Position numbers and translations under genes: made by a program
Notes under the pieces: generated by a model
The model's database searches: none
What the model saw: the letters and a program-made list of their open reading frames with translations, nothing else
What the model was told of the DNA's origin: nothing
Assembly: GCA_965224245.1 (NCBI GenBank)
Contig: OZ245046.1
Coordinates: forward strand, 1,600,001-1,664,000
Origin: Candidatus Eiseniibacteriota bacterium
Lineage (GTDB): Bacteria; Eisenbacteria; RBG-16-71-46; CAZAMP01
Direction of reading: 5' to 3'
Length of the DNA: 64,000 nt
Shown here: positions 57,023-64,000 of the stretch, one piece after another
How the letters are laid out: each line of letters opens with the position of its first letter
How positions within the stretch are numbered: the stretch's first letter is position 1

Positions 57023-58134
57023 CGTTGGACCTCCTCGGTTTCGTCATCGATGTCCGTGGCCGGATCATCGTCGGTTGGTTCGTCCCTGGGTGCCATGCCG
57101 TCTCGAGATCGGGACAGCCAGCGGCCGTCCGACGCGATCTCCCACGGTCCGAGCTCGTGTCCGCTCGCGGCGCACACGACCCCGTCCAGCGTGCCGAGGA
57201 AGTGGTTGAAGTAGCATTCGGTCGGTGACGTCCACCGGTCGCAGGCGATCGTCAACGCCGTGCGTGGCATGTAGGCCACGGCGACGTTCACGAGCCGGAT
57301 GTGGACACGACACTGATGGTGACGCTGCTCCTCGGCGATGCGCCGCTTCCAGTCGAGCTGGTAGCGACGGATGCGCTTCTCGCGCTCGGCCGCCTCCTTG
57401 GGCGACGTGCGCGAGAGCCGGTTCATGACTTCTTTCTCCTCCGCGATCAGCTGCCGGTAGTAATCCTCCACGCTCTGAATCTCGCGGTCGAGATAGCGCT
57501 GTGTGTTCCGCTTCGCTCTGGCCGCCTTCCGGTGAATGCGCGAGTCGAGGACGTCGAGCACGCGCGGGAGGAGCGATCCGGGTTCCGGAGCATCGATCTG
57601 ACCCCATCTCTCGGGGCTCGACGGGAGCGTCTCGGACCAGACGCTGTGCAGCGCGTCGATCACTTCGGGCTCCCGAAATGCGTCTCGCACAACGTCATAG
57701 CCGATTGAAAGGAGGTCGTCCGACGTTACCACGGACTGATACGAGATTGCAAAATTGAACACGACGTGCGGGTGCAGCGCTCGCTTTCCGGCCGTCCACG
57801 TGACGCCGGGACCGTCGATCATGCGCGACGGCGGCGCATCGGACAGCGGCTCGACGACGGGTGTATACACGTGCGTGACCGCGCCTCCCGAGCGCGCGGA
57901 GTCGAGCAGCTTCAGGTAGAACGGACTGCCGGCCTTGGCCAGGATCGCGTCGGGGTACATGTCGATGGACTTGCGCTCGAACGCGACGGTGATCTCGGGC
58001 TTCTCGGCGAACGGCGGCGTCTTCTCGAACACCGCGCGCACCGTGTTCTTCTTCAGCTGAGAGACGCGCGCGCCGTGACGCCTGAGCGTGTCCATGACGA
58101 ATGCGTCCGTCGTTCCGCGGTCACGGGTGGACAT
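57019..58134 (-). CDS. Hypothetical coiled-coil protein, YqhG-like partner of the SNF2 helicase
   Basis: Starts 5 nt after the SNF2 stop; VVFNFAISYQS and EIQSVEDYY coiled-coil segment. Confidence 0.6.
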   Translation of the reverse strand: MSTRDRGTTDAFVMDTLRRHGARVSQLKKNTVRAVFEKTPPFAEKPEITVAFERKSIDMYPDAILAKAGSPFYLKLLDSARSGGAVTHVYTPVVEPLSDAPPSRMIDGPGVTWTAGKRALHPHVVFNFAISYQSVVTSDDLLSIGYDVVRDAFREPEVIDALHSVWSETLPSSPERWGQIDAPEPGSLLPRVLDVLDSRIHRKAARAKRNTQRYLDREIQSVEDYYRQLIAEEKEVMNRLSRTSPKEAAEREKRIRRYQLDWKRRIAEEQRHHQCRVHIRLVNVAVAYMPRTALTIACDRWTSPTECYFNHFLGTLDGVVCAASGHELGPWEIASDGRWLSRSRDGMAPRDEPTDDDPATDIDDETEEVQR

Positions 58135-58139
58135 ACCGA

Positions 58140-60203
58140 TCAGCTCCCCGAGTCGAAGACGTCGCGGTCGAGGCCCTTGACCTTCTCGTAGCGCTGCCGG
58201 GCGCTCGCCAGCTCGTCGCCGAACTCCTCGAACTGGCTCGCGATCTCGGAGCGATCGCGCGAGGAGCTCCAGATCTGGAAGACCCGGTTCTCGAACGCGC
58301 CCTTCTCCTCGATGGAACCCAGGATCATGTCCATTTCTCCGATCACCAGCTCGAACATGCGGATCTTCTTGACCAGGAGCTCCAGAACGTACGCCTCGAC
58401 GGTGTTTTCGGTGGTGAAGTTGTAGACGTAGATGTCCCGCTTCTGGCCCAGCCGGTGGACGCGGCCGATCCGTTGCTCGACCTTCATCGGGTTCCACGGG
58501 AGGTCGTAGTTCACCACCGACCGGCAGAACTGGAGGTTTCTTCCCTCCCCCCCGGCCTCGCTGCTGATCAGCACCTGGGCGCTTCGCCGGAAGCGATCGA
58601 TCGCGGTCTCCTTCTCCGATGCGGTCAGCCCGCCGTGGAACACGCTGGTCCGCACACCGTGCGCGCTCAGGGTGCGATCGATGTAGTGCAGCGTTTCCAG
58701 GAACTGCGTGAACACGATGACCTTCTCGCCCTGGCGCCGCTCGAGCACGTCCAGGAGCCCCTGGATCTTGTTGTTCTCGGTGATCGCGTCGGCCCGCTCG
58801 ACCAGGCGCTGGAGACGTCCCGTCTCGTCGGTGAGGCGCTTGTCGTCGAAACACTTGCGCAGCGTGCCGCGCGCGGCGAACGAGGACGAGCCGATCTCCT
58901 TCTGGAGCACCATCAGGATGAAGTGCCACTTCTGGTACAGGTTGTCGCGGCCGGTGCGCGCGGTCTGATAGATGAAGTCGGACACGTCGTCGTAGAGCTC
59001 GCGTTCGGCGTCGCTGAGCGTGAACGTGACCGTCTCCACGTGGCGGTCGGGAAAGCGGATCGACGTCGACGAGCGCGTGGTCCGGATCATGACCTTGCCC
59101 AGCAGGCGGGCCAGCTCGCGCGTGTTCTTCGGGAGGCGCTTGTCACCGCGCACCATGAACAGGCGCCGGAACTCGCGATACGTGCCGAGCGCGCCCGGCT
59201 TCAGCAGCGTGACGAGGTTGTACAGCTCGCGGAGGTCGTTCTGAACCGGCGTGGCGGTCAGGAGCAGGATGTGCTTCACGCTGAGGGCGTCGATGAACTT
59301 CCATCCCAGCGTCTGGTGGTTGCGCAGGCGGTGCGCCTCGTCCACGACGACCATGTCGTAGTCCTGCGACAGGATGACCTCGCGGTTGCGCAGCGTCTTG
59401 GCGGTGTCCAGGCTCGCGATCAGGAAGTCGGTCTGCCAGGCGTTCTCCTTGCCGTACGTCTCGAACTCGATGTCGAACTTCTGGTACATCTCCTCGCGCC
59501 ACTGCTCGACCAGGCTGACCGGGACCAGCACCAGACAGCGGCGCACGAGCCCGCGCAGCACGTATTCCTTCAGGATGATGCCGGCCTCGATCGTCTTGCC
59601 CAGCCCGACCTCGTCGGCCAGGAGCGCACGCCCGTTCATCTCGCGCAGGACCTTCAGGCACGCCCGAACCTGATACTGGTAGCGCTGGATGCCGCTGATC
59701 GACTCGAGCGAGATCAGACGCTCGAACCCGCGGTTCAGGCCCAGTCGCTCGGCCTCCAGGCGGAGCGCGTAGTCGGCGGGATCGGCCTTCGGGGGCGCGC
59801 CGTCGAGAACGGCGAAGCTCTGGGCGTCCAGCCGGACCACGTCCGCGTCGTGGAACGCGAAGCGCTTGGCGATGTCCACCGGATCGCCGGGGTCGGCCGG
59901 GGCGTGCGGCGCGTGAACCCGTCCGTTGACGGGCGCCTCGCCGCGCTCCACCGCGGTGTCGGTCGCGACCGCGGGCGCGGCGTCCGAGCGGCGCTTGGAC
60001 TTCTTGCGCTTCTTCGTGGGAGGTGCCGCGGCCTCGGCGTCCTCGGGGCGAATCTGGGGATGGATGGACGTGATCTTGCGGACGCCGTCGCCGAAAGCGA
60101 CCTCGAGGATGTCGTAGAACGGCCGCCGCCGCACGTCGACGACGAGCCCTTCGCCGAAACCGTCGTGAATGATCTTGTCGCCGACCTCGTATACGTGCCG
60201 CAT
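58140..60203 (-). CDS. SNF2-family ATPase (YqhH/RapA-like) with N-terminal Tudor-like domain
   Basis: LLADEVGLGKTIEAG, DEAH, LTATPVQN, EAGGEGRNLQ, YDLPWNP..VEQRIGRVHRLGQ. Confidence 0.9.
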   Translation of the reverse strand: MRHVYEVGDKIIHDGFGEGLVVDVRRRPFYDILEVAFGDGVRKITSIHPQIRPEDAEAAAPPTKKRKKSKRRSDAAPAVATDTAVERGEAPVNGRVHAPHAPADPGDPVDIAKRFAFHDADVVRLDAQSFAVLDGAPPKADPADYALRLEAERLGLNRGFERLISLESISGIQRYQYQVRACLKVLREMNGRALLADEVGLGKTIEAGIILKEYVLRGLVRRCLVLVPVSLVEQWREEMYQKFDIEFETYGKENAWQTDFLIASLDTAKTLRNREVILSQDYDMVVVDEAHRLRNHQTLGWKFIDALSVKHILLLTATPVQNDLRELYNLVTLLKPGALGTYREFRRLFMVRGDKRLPKNTRELARLLGKVMIRTTRSSTSIRFPDRHVETVTFTLSDAERELYDDVSDFIYQTARTGRDNLYQKWHFILMVLQKEIGSSSFAARGTLRKCFDDKRLTDETGRLQRLVERADAITENNKIQGLLDVLERRQGEKVIVFTQFLETLHYIDRTLSAHGVRTSVFHGGLTASEKETAIDRFRRSAQVLISSEAGGEGRNLQFCRSVVNYDLPWNPMKVEQRIGRVHRLGQKRDIYVYNFTTENTVEAYVLELLVKKIRMFELVIGEMDMILGSIEEKGAFENRVFQIWSSSRDRSEIASQFEEFGDELASARQRYEKVKGLDRDVFDSGS

Positions 60204-60258
60204 GTGCGTCCGTGTCCGATCGTGGGAGCGCGAGCCCCGCGGGCGTCCGACGGGGCGG

Positions 60259-60900
60259 TCAGCGCCGCCGTCGCGTCAGGTGATAGAAGCGAAGTCCCAG
60301 GGAGGCTTCAGCGGAGCTCGACGTCCCCTCGTCGTGAAAGAGCGCGTGCGATCGCACCGACAGCTCCAGCGACACGGTTCTCGAGAAGAAGTGCTCGAGC
60401 CCCCCGCCGAACGTCAGCGTGAGTCCGGACCCCGGAAAGCGAGTCGCGAAGTCGCCGAAGCGGATCTCGGGGCGGAACCAGCCCAGCCCCGCCACCACGT
60501 ACGGCGTGTCCTTCGCCTTTCTCGCGAAGTACCGGTAGTACTCGCCGGTCACCACGGCCGCGTGCATCGTCTGTGCGGTATCGCGGGCGGCCTCCTCGAA
60601 CGCGGCAATCTCGGCGCCCGTTCGATCGAAGCCGAGCGTCTCGAAGCTGATCCCGAAGGCAGACTGACGGTCGATCGCCATGCGCAGTCGCACCGCCACC
60701 CCGGCCCTGACGCCATCCAGCCCGTCCAGCTCGAACAGGCCGTACTCCACGCCGGACCCCGAGAAGAGGCCCGACACCTGCCCCTGCACACCGGCGCTGA
60801 ACGTGCCGGTGGGTTGCTCGTAAGCCATTGCCTTGTTAATGGTTATGTCATGTCCGACGAGCGCGAGAGTCACCACCGCCCACCTCACCCAGCGCTGCAT
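60259..60900 (-). CDS. Outer-membrane beta-barrel protein (OmpA/PorT-like)
   Basis: Signal peptide (AMA|Y), alternating beta-strands, PYVVAGLG, GGGLEHF, SLGLRFY. Confidence 0.68.
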   Translation of the reverse strand: MQRWVRWAVVTLALVGHDITINKAMAYEQPTGTFSAGVQGQVSGLFSGSGVEYGLFELDGLDGVRAGVAVRLRMAIDRQSAFGISFETLGFDRTGAEIAAFEEAARDTAQTMHAAVVTGEYYRYFARKAKDTPYVVAGLGWFRPEIRFGDFATRFPGSGLTLTFGGGLEHFFSRTVSLELSVRSHALFHDEGTSSSAEASLGLRFYHLTRRRR

Positions 60901-60955
60901 CACCGCCTCCCCAAGTCGAGCGTCGATACGGACTCCCCCCGTTTTGACGCTGGCG

Positions 60956-60984
60956 AGTATACGGGACGGCGTGTCGATGGCGAA
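60956..60984 (-). promoter_or_regulatory. Sigma70-like promoter upstream of the OMP-SNF2 block
   Basis: Minus strand TTCGCC-17 nt-TATACT (AGTATA at 60956-60961). Confidence 0.4.
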
Positions 60985-61028
60985 AGGGCCTTGGGGGCAC
61001 GCGCCGTGGCTTCGCTTTGGGGCGTGGC

Positions 61029-61958
61029 TCACGCCCGGGGGTGACACGCGCGATGCGTCTCGGTCAGTCGCGTCAGGTCGAGGTGGGTGTAGATCTGCGT
61101 GGTCGCGATCGAGGCGTGGCCCAGGAGCTCCTGCACGACCCGGAGATCGGCGCCGCCGTCGAGCAGGTGCGTGGCGAAGGAGTGCCGGAGCACGTGCGGA
61201 TGTGCCTGCTCCTGGAGATCCACCGCGCCGGCGTGCCGCTTCAGGATCAGCCAGAACCCGACCCGCGAGAGCGGCCCGCCGCGGTGATTGACGAAGAGCG
61301 CGTCGACGCGCCGCCCGCGCACGAGCTCGGGTCGCGCGAGCGTGAGGTAGTCCGAGAGGCGCGAGGCGGCCTCCCGCCCGAACGGGACGATCCGCTCGCG
61401 TCCGCCCTTGCCGATCACGCGCACGAACTGCTCGTCGCGATTCACGGTGGCGTGGGTCAGGCCCACGAGCTCCGAGGCGCGGAGCCCGGTGCCGTAGGCC
61501 ATCTCCAGGAGCGCGCGATCGCGCACGGCCAGCGGTGCCCCTCCACGCGGAGCGGACACGAGACGCGCGACGTCCTCGATGGACAGGACCTTGGGGAGCG
61601 GCCGTGCCCGCCGCGCGGCCGGGAGCCGCAGCGCCGGGTTGCTCTCGGCGAGCCCTTCGGAGACCAGGAAGCGATGGAACGCGCGCACGGCCGCGACGGC
61701 GCGCGCGATGCTGGTCGCGGCGCGTCCGGCACGCCGCAGCCCCGCGACGTGTCGCTCGACGTGCTCGCGCTGGGCCGTGCCGGGACGCGTGACGCCGGCG
61801 GCGACGAGATCCTGGACGTAGCGCATCACGTCGTTGGCGTAGGCGGCCACGGTGTTGTCGGTGAGGCCGCGCTCGACCCGGAGATGATCGAGGAACGGCC
61901 CCACGTAGCGCTCCCGCACGCGCGCGAGCGCGGCGCTCGGCGGTCGATCATCGGACAC
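61029..61958 (-). CDS. xerD: Tyrosine recombinase XerD
   Basis: LRVERGL..NTV.AY, RDRALLE..YGTGLRASEL, GKGGRERIVP, HPHVLRHSFATHLL.GGADLRVVQELLGH..IATTQIYTH...HPRA. Confidence 0.92.
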   Translation of the reverse strand: MSDDRPPSAALARVRERYVGPFLDHLRVERGLTDNTVAAYANDVMRYVQDLVAAGVTRPGTAQREHVERHVAGLRRAGRAATSIARAVAAVRAFHRFLVSEGLAESNPALRLPAARRARPLPKVLSIEDVARLVSAPRGGAPLAVRDRALLEMAYGTGLRASELVGLTHATVNRDEQFVRVIGKGGRERIVPFGREAASRLSDYLTLARPELVRGRRVDALFVNHRGGPLSRVGFWLILKRHAGAVDLQEQAHPHVLRHSFATHLLDGGADLRVVQELLGHASIATTQIYTHLDLTRLTETHRACHPRA

Positions 61959-62490
61959 GCCGGCGTCTCCGCGGTCGATCGATCGGGACCTGCAGCGACT
62001 CGAGCTCCAGCAGGAACCGCTTCCAGCGCACGCCCCCCACGTACCCGGCCAGCTCCCCCTCCTTGGTCACCACGCGATGACAGGGCACCAGGAGCGGCAC
62101 CGGATTCAGCGCGAGCGCGCGACCCACCGCGCGCGCCGAGCGAGGCGCGCCGATGTCGTGGGCCAGGTCGTCGTAGGTCCGGACGCTGCCCCGCACGATC
62201 GCCCTCACCGCCCCGAACACGCTGGCCTGGAACGTCGTCACGTCCGCGAGATCGCAGGCCGGCGGCGCGCCGACGGGCTCCCCCGCCACGTACCGGCGGA
62301 TCCAGTCCACCGCCGGCGAGAGCGGGCCCGCGCTTCGGTGGATGCGCAGGACGCGGTTTCGGGTCAGTGCGCCGTGGGACGGCACGACGGGCGCGGCGCC
62401 GAACCCCAGTCGGAACGGGCCCCGCTCGGTGCCGGCCAGCCACAGCCGTCCGGCGGGCGTGGTCAGGCTCGCGAGATGGAGATCGATCAT
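61948..62490 (-). CDS. ogt: Methylated-DNA-protein-cysteine methyltransferase
   Basis: TTFQ..V, ARAVGRAL..NPVPLLVPCHRVV, K.FLL.LE. Confidence 0.9.
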   Translation of the reverse strand: MIDLHLASLTTPAGRLWLAGTERGPFRLGFGAAPVVPSHGALTRNRVLRIHRSAGPLSPAVDWIRRYVAGEPVGAPPACDLADVTTFQASVFGAVRAIVRGSVRTYDDLAHDIGAPRSARAVGRALALNPVPLLVPCHRVVTKEGELAGYVGGVRWKRFLLELESLQVPIDRPRRRRRVR

Positions 62491-64000
62491 GTCACCTCCT
62501 CGCCGTCGGTCGGATCGGACTCGGGGCGCGGGTTCAGCGACTCGAGAATCCGGGCCGCGGTCGCCCGGCCGATCCCCGGGAGCGACGCGAGATCCTCGAG
62601 GCTCGCGCGGCGGACGGCGCGCGCCGAGCCGAAGTGCCGGAGGATCTGCGCCTTTCGCGCCGGGCCGATGCCGGGCACGTCGTCGAGCGAAGAGGCCCGA
62701 AGGCGTCGGCCCCGCAGCTGGCGATGATACGTCACCGCGAACCGGTGCGCTTCGTCCCGGATGCGCTGCAGGAGCTGGAGCGCCTCGGAGCGCCTGGGCA
62801 GCCGCAGCGTCGGTCGTGCATCGGGAAACACCACGCGCTCCTCGCGCTTGGCCAGCCCGATCGTGGGCAGGGACTCGCGATCGTACTTGGCCAGCGCACG
62901 CCGGGCGGCCGCGAGCTGCCCCTCCCCGCCGTCGATCAGGAGCAGATCGGGCAGCTCGGTCCCCTCCGCGATCGCCCGGCTCACCCGCCGATCCACGACC
63001 TCCTGAATGGAGGCGAAGTCGTCGGCGCCGGTCACCGTCTTGATTCGATATCGACGATAGAGCTTCCGCGCGGGCTTGCCGGCCACGAACACCACCAGCG
63101 AGGCGACCTTGTCCGTCCCCTGGATGTTGGACACGTCGATGCCCTCGACGCGCATCGGAAGCTCGGACAGACCGAGCACATCGCGGAGCGCATAGAGCTC
63201 GGGCCCGGCGTGCGATCCGCCGCGATCGCGGACGCGCGCCTCCTCCAGCGCGAGGGTCGCGTTGCGCCTCGCGACCCGCACGAGCCCCGCGAGCTTGCCA
63301 CGCTTGGGCATGACGAGCTCGACGCGCTGCGCGCGGCGACGCTCGAGCCATGCGTGAAGGAGATCGTGCTCGGACGGGGGATCCGCCAGCGCCACCCGTC
63401 CCGGCACCGCGTCCTGACCGAGGTAGTACTGGATGACGAAGTGCTGGATCAGCTCGCCGCCGTCGAGCCCGTCGGTGCGTGCGAGCGCGCGGGTCTCCTT
63501 CCCCACGAGCTTCCCCGAGCGCAGGCGGAGCACCAGGCCCAGCCCGTCGTTCTCGCTCGACACGACCGCGAAGATGTCCACGTCCCGTCCGCCGGGGGTC
63601 TCGATCTTCTGCTTTCGCAGAACCGACTGCACCGCGCGCAGGCGATCGCGGAACACGGCCGCGCGCTCGTACTCGCGCGCCTCGGCCGCGCGCGTCATCT
63701 CGTGCTCGAGGTCGGAGACCACATCGTCGCCGTGGCCGCTCAGGAAGCGGCCGAAGGCGCCCACGATCTCGCCGTACTCGGCCTCGGTCACCCGCTTCGT
63801 GCACGGCGCCACGCAGCTGCCGATGAAGTAGTCGAGGCACTCGCGCCGGTCGTGCTGAGCGACGCGGTGATCGCTGCACACCCGGAGCGGAAACGCGCGC
63901 CGGAGGCGCTTGACCGTGTGACGGAGCGACGCCACGTCCGCGTAGGGCCCGAAGTAGCGCGAGGTGGAGTCGCCGCTCTGCCGGGTGATCTCGACGCCGG
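62487..64000 (-). CDS. uvrC: Excinuclease ABC subunit C (5' end outside window)
   Basis: RYFGPY, CLDYFIGSCVAPC, UVR domain YERAAVFRD, EGIDVSNIQG, LIDGGEGQ, GLAKREE, RDEAHRFA, HhH PGIG. Confidence 0.95.
   Translation of the reverse strand, partial: GVEITRQSGDSTSRYFGPYADVASLRHTVKRLRRAFPLRVCSDHRVAQHDRRECLDYFIGSCVAPCTKRVTEAEYGEIVGAFGRFLSGHGDDVVSDLEHEMTRAAEAREYERAAVFRDRLRAVQSVLRKQKIETPGGRDVDIFAVVSSENDGLGLVLRLRSGKLVGKETRALARTDGLDGGELIQHFVIQYYLGQDAVPGRVALADPPSEHDLLHAWLERRRAQRVELVMPKRGKLAGLVRVARRNATLALEEARVRDRGGSHAGPELYALRDVLGLSELPMRVEGIDVSNIQGTDKVASLVVFVAGKPARKLYRRYRIKTVTGADDFASIQEVVDRRVSRAIAEGTELPDLLLIDGGEGQLAAARRALAKYDRESLPTIGLAKREERVVFPDARPTLRLPRRSEALQLLQRIRDEAHRFAVTYHRQLRGRRLRASSLDDVPGIGPARKAQILRHFGSARAVRRASLEDLASLPGIGRATAARILESLNPRPESDPTDGEEVT

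Noticed and set aside
57019-60203. SNF2 gene as DISARM drmD or another defence system
   Set aside because: No methyltransferase, drmA/B/C, nuclease or other defence genes nearby; the protein is short and YqhH-like.
61029-61958. Tyrosine recombinase as the integrase of a mobile element with dif as att site
   Set aside because: The sequence is XerD-like, the neighbours are housekeeping genes, and no second dif/att copy or phage/IS genes were seen.
961-63826. Numerous long antisense or alternate-frame ORFs (e.g. 961..2823-, 4197..6242-, 45789..48062-, 55115..57214+, 58101..60422+)
   Set aside because: Shadow ORFs typical of high-GC DNA: Arg/Gly/Pro-rich, no motifs, and overlapping well-supported genes.
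1-64000. CRISPR array, tRNA, rRNA, insertion sequences
   Set aside because: No regularly spaced repeats, cloverleaf/T-loop context or transposase motifs were recognised by eye; intergenic gaps are short.

Overview
High-GC bacterial chromosomal segment. A PorV-like barrel, a FlgD-Ig/T9SS-type C-terminal sorting domain, an FCB-type LptE and a DUF5683 protein suggest an FCB-superphylum lineage; this is inference. Left to right: (1) PEGA/DUF5683 and FN3-lipoprotein surface genes. (2) A ~23 kb, mostly translationally coupled exopolysaccharide/exosortase operon: capD/pglF fused to a degenerate phosphoglycosyltransferase, wza, wzc, exosortase, epsI, TPR lipoprotein, prsK, a degenerate prsR, wzy, GT4, aminotransferase and PGT. 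It ends in an unexpected citramalate synthase + PglD/NeuD acyltransferase + adenylating enzyme + ACP cassette. (3) ctpA. (4) A farnesol-dehydrogenase-like SDR + DUF92 + degenerate AlkP-fold operon. (5) A WbpA/P/B/D/E-type diacetamido-uronate operon. (6) lhr + frameshifted nei. (7) PorV-SPOR fusion, epimerase, T9SS-type cargo, a PAS kinase/sigma54 regulator pair, lptE, holA, trxA and a lipoprotein. (8) A dif site at 54401-54428 (24/28 identical to E. coli dif), where gene orientation flips: 39 of 40 CDS left of it are on +, 8 of 8 right of it are on -. The window therefore very probably spans the replication terminus. (9) A minus-strand block, in transcription order uvrC-ogt-xerD-OMP-SNF2/RapA-like-partner-pseudopeptidase-TPR. 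No rRNA, tRNA, CRISPR array or mobile element was recognised. All family calls come from motif recognition by eye, not database searches.
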